Notes under the pieces: model-generated | Database searches by the model: none | What the model saw: the letters and a program-made list of their open reading frames with translations, nothing else | What the model was told of the DNA's origin: nothing | Made by a program: the position numbers and the translations under genes | DNA from: Cyanobacteria bacterium P01_A01_bin.123 | GTDB lineage: Bacteria > Cyanobacteriota > Cyanobacteriia > Phormidesmidales > Phormidesmidaceae | DNA: 56,801 nucleotides | NCBI GenBank assembly: GCA_039815185.1 | Contig: JBCBZT010000048.1 | Location: forward strand, 1 to 56,801 | Direction: 5' to 3' | Shown here: positions 20,376-29,004 of the stretch, one piece after another | Position numbering within the stretch: position 1 is the stretch's first letter | How the letters are laid out: every line of letters begins with the position of its first letter

Positions 20376-20702
20376 TTAAGCTGTGGGAACACATCGTAGA
20401 GGTTGCGATATGTCATTGTTGTCGGTAGCAGGCGAAGAGGGCTGCAACTTCAGTTTAGGTGTCCAGGGCAAATCGATTTGCCAATCGCCCCAGACTTGAA
20501 ATGCCACTTCGCTAACTGTAATCACAACATTACTCCCGAGTTTGCATCCCAAAGCCGACGCTTGTAATCGCTGATCACTTGGGAAAACTCGAAGCAACCT
20601 ATACAGTTTGCCCCTATAAATCATGCCTTCATGGAGTGCCTGCTCTCTGTAGAAGTTGAAAACGCGGACGTTATCACGCTGGACAATCTTTGGAAGTGCC
20701 AT
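20376..20702 (-). CDS. hypothetical protein (cyanobacterial)
   Basis: F.FY....L.EGM.Y...LYRL...F....RLQA pattern; ATG start with purine-rich upstream sequence. Confidence 0.65.
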   Translation of the reverse strand: MALPKIVQRDNVRVFNFYREQALHEGMIYRGKLYRLLRVFPSDQRLQASALGCKLGSNVVITVSEVAFQVWGDWQIDLPWTPKLKLQPSSPATDNNDISQPLRCVPTA

Positions 20703-21406
20703 GGCTCTCTAAGCAATCAGTGCTAAAAATATTAGAATCCTTGCAACCCCTGATAAAGCTTTGAAACCCAGATGCTGAAAGGCGGTTTGAGTTCAGCCCT
20801 TTCAATTATTCCTTCTTCAGAATGATGAGTATCTAGGTATCTAGCCGCTTAGTAAAAGTAGCTATATCTTTAATGACTTTCTTCACTTGAAGATTACATC
20901 ATGCCGAGAGTGATGATGACGGACTCAACCCATTTCTTTTCGTACATGGCGTACATATTGAGCAAAACATCGCAGGGCAAACGATCGATTTTTAGAGATT
21001 CTTAAAGGGTATGTAAATTGTTGATGTAGCAACCGCCATAAAGTGTTGTGCGGTTGTGCCTCTCCATCGCATCGCTATCCACTAGTTCCGCCATGCTAAG
21101 TGCATTAGTCCAGTGGGGCAAAGCGATGAAAGGCCCGCAAGAGTGGACTCAAACAGGCTCACCGAGATAGTGCGACGTAGCGACCATGCCCAAAGTTGGG
21201 GATCTCTAAAGAGAGTTGTTCAACCTGAGACTTTGGGAAAGCTTAAACAATGCTCCCGAGATAGGGGATTCACCTCTCTTTAAGTAAGCTACCCTGTACT
21301 GGTAGCCTGTTGTTACTACCATCGCCTGTTTTGCCCATTGGGATATGTAGTCAACTGGCCATGGTTGTAAGGATAGGTTCTCACTTGCAAGAATGAGTGT
21401 TGTGCT

Positions 21407-22141
21407 ATGCAGTTAAGAGCTATTGACAGCATGAGTTTCACCACGGTTCAACCGGGTAAGTTGCTGATCATCACCAGCGACTTTGATGCTCGCCCCATGA
21501 GCTATCTAGACGGGGAGAAGCGGCTGGGCTATGAACCTGCAGTGGCCCGTGCTGTTTGCGACAAGCTAGGGTTAGACCCCGTATGGATTAACCATTCCAT
21601 TGGAGATTTCTACACCGAGTTGGCCACGGGCAATTACGATGTGATTTGGTTTAATCAGGCCGTTACCCAAGAAAAACGTGCCTGGGCAGACTTTACCCGA
21701 CCCTATGGGCGTTTTGATGAAGCCGTACTGGTGCTTGAAGAAAGCCCTATCGAAACGCCTGAGAACCTCAAGGGCAAACGCCTGGGCGGGCTTGAAAATC
21801 TCTCAAACGTGGAATTGACCCAACAATTCCCCGATCTGGAATTAGTGACATTCTCAGATAGCGACAACGTGCTGACTACAATGCTAGACGCGCTGAAACA
21901 AGGCGAAATCGATGCCATCATCAGCGATGCTCTAATGTTATTGACAGCAGAGGCGGAGGATCCAGCCTTGCGAGTTGCCTTTCAACTCCCCACTCAGATG
22001 CCTTTTGGTGTCGGTGTTCTCCCGGGTAACCGAGAACTGCTTGAAGCACTCAATGGTGCCCTGAATACGCTAATTGCCGAAGGCACGCTGGCAAAATTGT
22101 GGGCCCAATGGATTCCCTACAAGCCCTGCCCATTTGGTTAA
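21407..22141 (+). CDS. amino-acid ABC substrate-binding-like protein (SBP family 3), no signal peptide
   Basis: PMSY..G...GYE, DFTRPY, LKGKRLG, GEIDAII, LNGAL..L...GTL..L..QW; start 21407 or 21431. Confidence 0.85.
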   Translation: MQLRAIDSMSFTTVQPGKLLIITSDFDARPMSYLDGEKRLGYEPAVARAVCDKLGLDPVWINHSIGDFYTELATGNYDVIWFNQAVTQEKRAWADFTRPYGRFDEAVLVLEESPIETPENLKGKRLGGLENLSNVELTQQFPDLELVTFSDSDNVLTTMLDALKQGEIDAIISDALMLLTAEAEDPALRVAFQLPTQMPFGVGVLPGNRELLEALNGALNTLIAEGTLAKLWAQWIPYKPCPFG

Positions 22142-22156
22142 ATGCGAAAGGTAGCC

Positions 22157-25100
22157 TCACGCTAATAAAGTTTGATAAACCCGTTGGGTTTCAGGGCTGG
22201 GGTCGATGCCCAATTCGTCCCGCAGCATGATCATGCACTGATGATAGGTTTGGATGGCCGCGGCGCGATCGCCATGCTCACCCTGCAATTGCATTAACGT
22301 TTGATAAGTCGATTCTCGTAATGGCTCCGCTTGAAGTAATTGTTGCCCGTAGCGAATGGCTTGGCGGTATTGCTGTTGCTGCTCTAGCAAACGGATGAGC
22401 TCGTCTAATGCATTGAGATAACGTTGATGGAGTTGTTCTCTCGCTTGAACAATCCAGTCATAGTCTAACGAGGGCAATAACTCGCCGCGATATTGGGCGA
22501 TCGCGGCTTTCAACTGGCACTGTTTACCTGTGAGATCCTCAACAGCACGTTGCGCAACCTGATTGAGTGCGGCTTCAAAATCAATCATATCTAACGTGAA
22601 ACTGCCAGCCTTATTCCATTGAATAGTCTTTGCCTCAATTTGAATAAACTGTTCCGCATTGGGTAATGCTTGCCGCAGTTTGAATAAATCTTTGCGGAGA
22701 GCGGTGCGGGCATGGGCATCGTAGATATCAGGATAAAGTACGAACGCAAGGTGCTGACGCGGTTGCGGAGCGTGACGGTGAAGCACCAGGTAAGCTAATA
22801 AGGCCTGCGATCGCTCATTGGTCAAACCCGATAGTGGTTCACCGTTGTAATGGAGGCTAAATCCCCCCAAAACCTGGATTTGCAGCGTCGGTACTGGCTT
22901 TTGATTGGATTGCGCGTCTAATTCGTTTCGCTCCAAGGCCCGTTTGATGATGGAATCCGCCTGAGCTGAACCGGCCCAGGCTAAATCAGGGTTAGTGCCA
23001 GTCGGAACACTTGAATTAGCAGAGGTGTCGGCTTTGGACTGGTGAAACTTCGAACCATGCGATTCAAGCTTTTGGTCTGTCAGAATTGGTGAGAGGGGTG
23101 GGGGGTCAGCGATCGCTTCAGATCGATCAACCGCTCCCAATGCTTTAAGCACAACGAGTTGGCCTGCGGTCAGCCCCTGTACACCTTCGATATTCATCCC
23201 TTCATAGGGTCGGGTAGCTTGGAGCGATCGCAGACAGTCACCCGTGTCACGTTGCCAAAGTTTAATCGTGCCGTCGTTGCTGCCGCTAGCTAGGGTTCGC
23301 CCATCCGCAGTAAACGCCACTTTTTGCACCTGATTCGTATGTCCCACTAAGGTCTGGAGCACTTTTCCGGTCTCTAGATCCCAGAGTTTAAGGGTGGAAT
23401 CGCCGCTACCGCTGGCCAAAATCGGTTCAACTGGGCTAAAGACAACGGATTGCACCTGACTACTGTGGCCGATCAGTACCTGCAACAATTCGCCACTGTC
23501 GCCATTCCATAGACGAATCGTGTGATCGGCGCTGCCGCTAGCAAGGAGCTTACCGTTAGGATGCCAGGCGACGGTCAGCAACCATTTCTCATGGCCTTTT
23601 AGGAGCCGCAGTTGCTGTCCTGTCGTGGTGTCCCATATCCTCAAAGTTTCATCGTCTCCTACACTGGCTAGGCACGGCTGCACCGGATTCCAGGCAATCG
23701 ACCGAATCATCTTAGTGTGTCCCTGTAAGACGTGTCTGCACTCACCCGTACTGACTTGCCAAATTCGAATTGTGCGATCGCCGCTGCCGCTAGCCAGCTG
23801 TTCGCTATGAGGATGCCAAGCTAACGACCGGACCGAATCTGTGTGACCCTGTAGAATCTGGGTCGGTTGTTCCAGTCGCGGCTGGGCGTTCGCACTAACT
23901 TGCCACAGTCGAATCGTTTTGTCGAGACTGCCGCTGGCCAAGTATTGACCATCTGGGCTGAACTCGGTTGTCCGAATCCATAGGGTATGTCCAGTGAGCG
24001 CGGTCAATGTCGCCCCTGTCAGCCAGTTCCAAATTCGGGTAATCCTGTCTGAGCCACCACTGGCCAGCCAAGGTTGACCGGGATGAAAGGCGACTGAAAA
24101 GATTTGATTGGTAAACCCCCGCAAGGTCTTGAGGCATTGCCCTGTGTGTACATCCCAAAACTTGAGGATCTGATCGTCACCCCCACTCGCAAGCTGCTGG
24201 TTGCTGCTAAAAGCCAGTGCCCAAACCCAGTCTTGATGTTCTCTCAGGGTTCGCAAGCAATTGCCTGTCTGGACATCCCAAAGCTTGATAGTTTGACCAG
24301 AACTGCTGCTGCCTAATAGTTGGCCATTGGGGCTGAAATCAAGCGCTAACACCGCATGGACATGGCCTTCCCAGATTTGAGTACAGGTTTGCGTGGGGAC
24401 ATGCCAAAGCCGAATCGTCTGATCTGAGCTGCCACTGGCTAAGGTTTGACTATTGGGATGCCAGGCTACAGCCCAAATGCGATCGGTATGTCCCTGGAGT
24501 GTCGCAAGACAGGTTCCCGCGGGGTAATCCCAAAGTTTCACGGTGCAGTCAGAACTGCCGCTGGCTAAATAGTTTCCATCTGGGCTAAACGCCACAGATC
24601 TTACGGGGGCAGTATGCCCTAATAGCGTTTGGACTGCGTTACCGAATTGAACATCCCAGAGTTTGATAGTGCCATCATGGCTACCGCTGGCTAACTGCCC
24701 GTTGGGATGAAAGGCAATGGTTTGCACATAGTTGGTATGTCCTGACAGTGTTTTAAGTCGCTGTTGGGCAGTAATATCCCACAGATGGATCATGGCGTCA
24801 TCGCCACCGCTCGCTAATAGCTGCCCATCAGGACTAAAGGCAACCGCACCAGCCCAGTCTGTATGGCCCTGGATGATTAAGCGAGATTGATGGTCGGTGC
24901 TGCGCCAAATCCAGATTTGGCCGTTGCTGTCACCCGCAGCAAGCATCTGGCGATCGCAACTAAAGGCAATCGATAAAATGCTGCTGAAGGTTTGGGTAAA
25001 AACCGCGTGGGTCAACTTTGCATGGGCAAAATTGACGCGATGTAGCGTTGTTGTCGGTAGATAGGCGTGGCGAATGCTGAGGTTGGAAAAGTCATAATCC

Positions 25101-26725
25101 GTTAAATCCACGCCGAGATGGCAACAGAGATTGATCAGGTTGCCGCAGCCATAGCCTGAAAGCTGAGTTTCACTGCGGCGTAGGGCAGTCAACAAACGTA
25201 GAATTTGCTGTTCTAATGCGGCTTTAGCGCTAAAGGTTTGGCGGAACTGACTGGCGATGGGTTGCAGAATCAACCGCATTTGGCTGTCTCGAAGATAATC
25301 CTTGAGTGTCGTTTTAATCAGGGCATGTCGCAAGAATAGTGACAGTTCTACCGTGATCAGCTCGGTTGCAATCTGCTGATTGAGTTGATGGGTGGCATAC
25401 TCTATCACAACACCCTGCTGGGTATAATGTCCCGATCGGGTTTCAATCAGGCTTCTCCAGCAAAGCGATTCTAATACTGCCAAGACCTGGTGACGGGTTA
25501 TCGAGGGTTGAATATCATCGACCAGCTCTGAAATCGATGTCCAATCGCGGTTGATTGCCAGCCAATACATGACGGTTTGCTCTAGGGTAGACAACCGGTC
25601 AAACTGTTCATCTAGCAAGCGTTGGAGATCATTGAAGACGAGGGTATTTTCAGCCAGGAATAGCGCGATTTTCCCATCGAACAAACTCTGAATTGAGGTG
25701 GCTACAATCTTCAACGTCAGGGGGCTGCGACCGTAGCGATCGCAGAGTTGATGCTTTTCCGCTCCAGTGCCGATCAACCCTTTAGCATCGATTAGGGATA
25801 ATGCAGCTTCTAAAGATCCCGATAGCTGGAGCGATCGCACTGGAGAATCGATCCCTGCCAATGCCCCTACCACAGCAGGTTTCTCACGGCTGGTGAGGAT
25901 AACACTGCTTTGATGACGGGTTTCTGCCACCCACTGCAGCAGGTCACCGTACCCTTCATAGCCCGCACGAAAATAACCCGCGCGATCGCCGCCATGCAAA
26001 ATTGTCTCCATATTGTCGAGAATCAGCAGACACCGGGACTGCCGCAGCCAGTGGAGTAATCGCCTGGGCGTGGCTTTGCTGTCTTGCCGGTCAGACACAA
26101 AGGGCACTAACTCTTCTAACAGTTCCTCTAGCGGCGGGGCATTACGCAGCGATCGCCAGATAATGTGGGTGAAGGCACACCCTGACCCTGCCGTTAAGAC
26201 TTCTGCAAACTTCGTGGTGAGGGTTGTTTTACCAATGCCGCCCATGCCCAACACGATCACCAGCCGACAGCAGTTGTTCACCACCCATTGCTGTAGCGTA
26301 TCGAGTTCAGCTTGACGCCCATAAAACGTGGCCACATCGGGTGCGGCTCCCCAGTCAAGGTTAGGAGAGCTGTTGATCTGAGATGCAGTTGTCAGGGGGA
26401 TGATTGGCGCGATCGCAGGCGCTTGGGGGGTGCCCTGGGATGAATTTTCCGCTTCCCCCAACTGTCTACAGCGCTGCTCAATCGCGCTGCGAAAGCTGGA
26501 TTTGCTGACTTTTACAGCCAACGCCTGACTCAGAGATTTCCAAAACTTTGGTCCGGCAATGCGGGTGAGATAGCTAACGGCATAACCTGATTTTGCAGCG
26601 ATCGCCTCATAGGTTTGTCCGTACCAAGCCCCTTCGAACAATACCAACTCTACATCATTTAGAAGCCTGCCAAACTCGGCAGACATCGCGTCATTAACCG
26701 ATTTGAGAGCTGTCTTAAAGTCCAT
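22157..26725 (-). CDS. STAND-type regulator 1: N-terminal HTH, NB-ARC, WD40 repeats, C-terminal SARP (wHTH+BTAD)
   Basis: DWGAAPDV..FYGR, GMGGIGKTT, LLILDNME, LTSRE; ~14 GH...WD repeats; LQIQVLGGF...QALLAYLVL, YRGELL...W, EPLRE, ELGIDPSPET. Confidence 0.92.
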   Translation of the reverse strand: MDFKTALKSVNDAMSAEFGRLLNDVELVLFEGAWYGQTYEAIAAKSGYAVSYLTRIAGPKFWKSLSQALAVKVSKSSFRSAIEQRCRQLGEAENSSQGTPQAPAIAPIIPLTTASQINSSPNLDWGAAPDVATFYGRQAELDTLQQWVVNNCCRLVIVLGMGGIGKTTLTTKFAEVLTAGSGCAFTHIIWRSLRNAPPLEELLEELVPFVSDRQDSKATPRRLLHWLRQSRCLLILDNMETILHGGDRAGYFRAGYEGYGDLLQWVAETRHQSSVILTSREKPAVVGALAGIDSPVRSLQLSGSLEAALSLIDAKGLIGTGAEKHQLCDRYGRSPLTLKIVATSIQSLFDGKIALFLAENTLVFNDLQRLLDEQFDRLSTLEQTVMYWLAINRDWTSISELVDDIQPSITRHQVLAVLESLCWRSLIETRSGHYTQQGVVIEYATHQLNQQIATELITVELSLFLRHALIKTTLKDYLRDSQMRLILQPIASQFRQTFSAKAALEQQILRLLTALRRSETQLSGYGCGNLINLCCHLGVDLTDYDFSNLSIRHAYLPTTTLHRVNFAHAKLTHAVFTQTFSSILSIAFSCDRQMLAAGDSNGQIWIWRSTDHQSRLIIQGHTDWAGAVAFSPDGQLLASGGDDAMIHLWDITAQQRLKTLSGHTNYVQTIAFHPNGQLASGSHDGTIKLWDVQFGNAVQTLLGHTAPVRSVAFSPDGNYLASGSSDCTVKLWDYPAGTCLATLQGHTDRIWAVAWHPNSQTLASGSSDQTIRLWHVPTQTCTQIWEGHVHAVLALDFSPNGQLLGSSSSGQTIKLWDVQTGNCLRTLREHQDWVWALAFSSNQQLASGGDDQILKFWDVHTGQCLKTLRGFTNQIFSVAFHPGQPWLASGGSDRITRIWNWLTGATLTALTGHTLWIRTTEFSPDGQYLASGSLDKTIRLWQVSANAQPRLEQPTQILQGHTDSVRSLAWHPHSEQLASGSGDRTIRIWQVSTGECRHVLQGHTKMIRSIAWNPVQPCLASVGDDETLRIWDTTTGQQLRLLKGHEKWLLTVAWHPNGKLLASGSADHTIRLWNGDSGELLQVLIGHSSQVQSVVFSPVEPILASGSGDSTLKLWDLETGKVLQTLVGHTNQVQKVAFTADGRTLASGSNDGTIKLWQRDTGDCLRSLQATRPYEGMNIEGVQGLTAGQLVVLKALGAVDRSEAIADPPPLSPILTDQKLESHGSKFHQSKADTSANSSVPTGTNPDLAWAGSAQADSIIKRALERNELDAQSNQKPVPTLQIQVLGGFSLHYNGEPLSGLTNERSQALLAYLVLHRHAPQPRQHLAFVLYPDIYDAHARTALRKDLFKLRQALPNAEQFIQIEAKTIQWNKAGSFTLDMIDFEAALNQVAQRAVEDLTGKQCQLKAAIAQYRGELLPSLDYDWIVQAREQLHQRYLNALDELIRLLEQQQQYRQAIRYGQQLLQAEPLRESTYQTLMQLQGEHGDRAAAIQTYHQCMIMLRDELGIDPSPETQRVYQTLLA

Positions 26726-26777
26726 GCCAAGGCACTAGAAGCACAGGCTTACGATATGCAACTTCTGACCCAAACCA

Positions 26778-26803
26778 TAGCTGAGATTGTTTAGGGTTTG
26801 CCA
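26778..26803 (-). promoter_or_regulatory. conserved promoter block of STAND-SARP gene 1
   Basis: 20/26 identical to 33559-33584; both blocks lie 53 bp upstream of the respective ATG. Confidence 0.6.
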
Positions 26804-26983
26804 AGCCGAACATAAATCTAAACCACATCCGATCTGAAATCTAGAGTTTTAGCTTAAGGAAAAACTATGGATCTGGATGTAGACACGGTTTATTGATAGC
26901 TTTGGCAGATTCAAATGTATGTCGTGACGGAATATAGAAATTAAAATTCGCCTCAATCAATATATGAGATAATCACCTGAAAA

Positions 26984-27038
26984 TAGTGAGATTTTATGCA
27001 ACGACGCAGACAAATTTTCTGATTAGCCTTGGAGGTGT
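26984..27038 (+). promoter_or_regulatory. conserved 55-bp promoter/operator block, copy 1 (upstream of GNAT)
   Basis: 40/55 ungapped identity with 33608-33662; contains -10-like TAGCCT. Confidence 0.7.
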
Positions 27039-27073
27039 AAACGGGCAGTTGCTGTCCACTTTAGCGAACATTC

Positions 27074-27574
27074 ATGACGGGTCAAGATACCTTTTGGAAC
27101 ACGCGTGGATTAACGTTGCGTCCAGCGGTTGTTGATGATGCTGATGCTGTGAAGCAGCTCTCTTGCATCGCGTTTGAAAAATACATTGATCAAATCGGTC
27201 GCATGCCCCGCGTCATGTTAGCCGATTACCGCCAGGTGATTGCCCGCGATCGCGTTTGGGTCGTTGACGAACGGGCCCAACTGATAGCAGTACTGGTGCT
27301 GGCTATTAACGACACCCACTACCATATCAACAATATTGCCGTGCATCCTAACAGCCAAAGGCAAGGCATTGGGAAGGCACTTTTACTCCAGGCTGAGGCT
27401 CAGTCAATCCATGAAGGTTATGGTGAAATCTGGCTTCACACCAATGAAACCATGATTCACAATATTAGACTCTACACCTCAATTGGCTATCAAGAGATGT
27501 ATCGCAAAGCTTACCCAGGTAGCGAGAGTCTCTACATGAGAAAAACGCTAAAAAATAACGTTGCTGACAGATAG
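27074..27574 (+). CDS. GNAT family N-acetyltransferase
   Basis: NIAVHP..QRQGIGKALL motif A, LHTNETM..N..LY...GY. Confidence 0.9.
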   Translation: MTGQDTFWNTRGLTLRPAVVDDADAVKQLSCIAFEKYIDQIGRMPRVMLADYRQVIARDRVWVVDERAQLIAVLVLAINDTHYHINNIAVHPNSQRQGIGKALLLQAEAQSIHEGYGEIWLHTNETMIHNIRLYTSIGYQEMYRKAYPGSESLYMRKTLKNNVADR

Positions 27575-27966
27575 TGAGCGTAATACCCATTGCTTATTTA
27601 TATAGCCGTAGCCACAAAGCTTTATGCGCTACGGTGAGCCAAATTGCTTGTGTGCTGAGCATCCTAGCGCTACCCGATGCATCAAGCAATCTGGCCAGTG
27701 CCATATTTCAAGAACGCTTAGAGAACGCTCTCGGAACGGTCAAGATCCTATTGTTACGGGTGACATCCGGAGTCGAACAGGAGGTTACGATGGCAACTGC
27801 TAATTCCGCTAGTTCCCTACTTCAGACCAATATTCGATTTGTTGTGTTCAAACGAAAAATGGTGGATGAAATGCTGCTCTGGATAGTTGGGGCTTCCCGT
27901 CAGGGTTGTGCTACCGCTAACGCCGCTCAAGCAAAGACTTTGGCCAAGCTATAAGGATTCACCACC

Positions 27967-29004
27967 ATGTTGATACAACACCTTTTGCATAGGCTTGGAC
28001 GCCCACTGGGGCTGCTAAGCTGCCTTGTTCTCTTGGGCTGTGGCTCATCAAACGCCTCTAGTGCGACTGCCCGTCAGGACACCTGCGCTCCTGAGATCAC
28101 CGAGATCGAATTTGGCATCAGCTCGTCTGAATCACAGAGCAGCTTACAGCAGCAGTGGGAGCCTTTCCTTGCCGTGATGGCTGAAGCAATCGGACGTCCT
28201 GTGGTCGGATTTTATGCGACTGATTATGCTGGCGTGATTGAGGCGATGGGCACAGGTAAGCTACAGGTCGCCTGGTTTGGCGGAAAAGCTTATATCGAAG
28301 CCGCTGAGCGTTCGGGTGCGGAGGCGTTTTTGCGAACCGTCAATACCGATGGCACCCAGGGCTACTATTCTCATCTGGTGACCCATCGAGAGCATCCGAT
28401 GCTGGCCGAAATTGATGTTGAAGTGGGCAACGGTGACGCTTACGTGATCGAACATGCAGACGACCTGACCTTTGCCTTCAACGACCCCAACTCTACCTCT
28501 GGCTATCTGGTTCCCAGCCTCTATGTATTTGCTGAGAATGAGATTAACCCCAACCAAACCTTTCGAGCGTTATTCTTTGCAGGCAGCCACGAAGCGACAG
28601 CACTAGCGGTTGCCCATAACCAGGTGGACGTCGCAACCAACAACAGCGAAACGCTGAAAATGATGGCCCAGGCAGATCCAGAAGCCCGAAATAACATCCA
28701 GGTAATTTGGACGTCGCCGATGATTCCAACAGAACCGATTGCTTATCGTCACGATTTGCCAGACTGTCTGAAAGCAAAAATTAGGACTTTCTTCTATAAC
28801 TATCAAGACAGCGAGATCCTAGAGCCCCTGGGCTGGGCTGGCTTTACCCCTGCAGAAGACAAAGACTGGAACACCATTCGAGAATTGGATATTGGCAATC
28901 AGATTCTGGAGATTCAGAATAATCAGAGTCTCAATGATCAGGCCAAACAGCAAAAACTTGATCAGCTCAACCGACAGCTTGAGGTGCTTCAGCAAGGCGG
29001 TTAA
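27967..29004 (+). CDS. phnD: phosphonate ABC transporter substrate-binding lipoprotein
   Basis: Lipobox LLGC; ATDYAGVIEAM, GYYS.L, FNDPNSTSGYLVP, GSHEA, DVATNN, IWTSP.IP. Confidence 0.88.
   Translation: MLIQHLLHRLGRPLGLLSCLVLLGCGSSNASSATARQDTCAPEITEIEFGISSSESQSSLQQQWEPFLAVMAEAIGRPVVGFYATDYAGVIEAMGTGKLQVAWFGGKAYIEAAERSGAEAFLRTVNTDGTQGYYSHLVTHREHPMLAEIDVEVGNGDAYVIEHADDLTFAFNDPNSTSGYLVPSLYVFAENEINPNQTFRALFFAGSHEATALAVAHNQVDVATNNSETLKMMAQADPEARNNIQVIWTSPMIPTEPIAYRHDLPDCLKAKIRTFFYNYQDSEILEPLGWAGFTPAEDKDWNTIRELDIGNQILEIQNNQSLNDQAKQQKLDQLNRQLEVLQQGG

Noticed and set aside
23200..25000. WD40 repeats as recently amplified hypervariable array
   Set aside because: Repeats look clearly diverged at DNA level; no near-identical units seen
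27574..27954. 126-aa ORF between GNAT and phnD
   Set aside because: GTG start, no RBS or recognisable motif; cannot be supported as a gene
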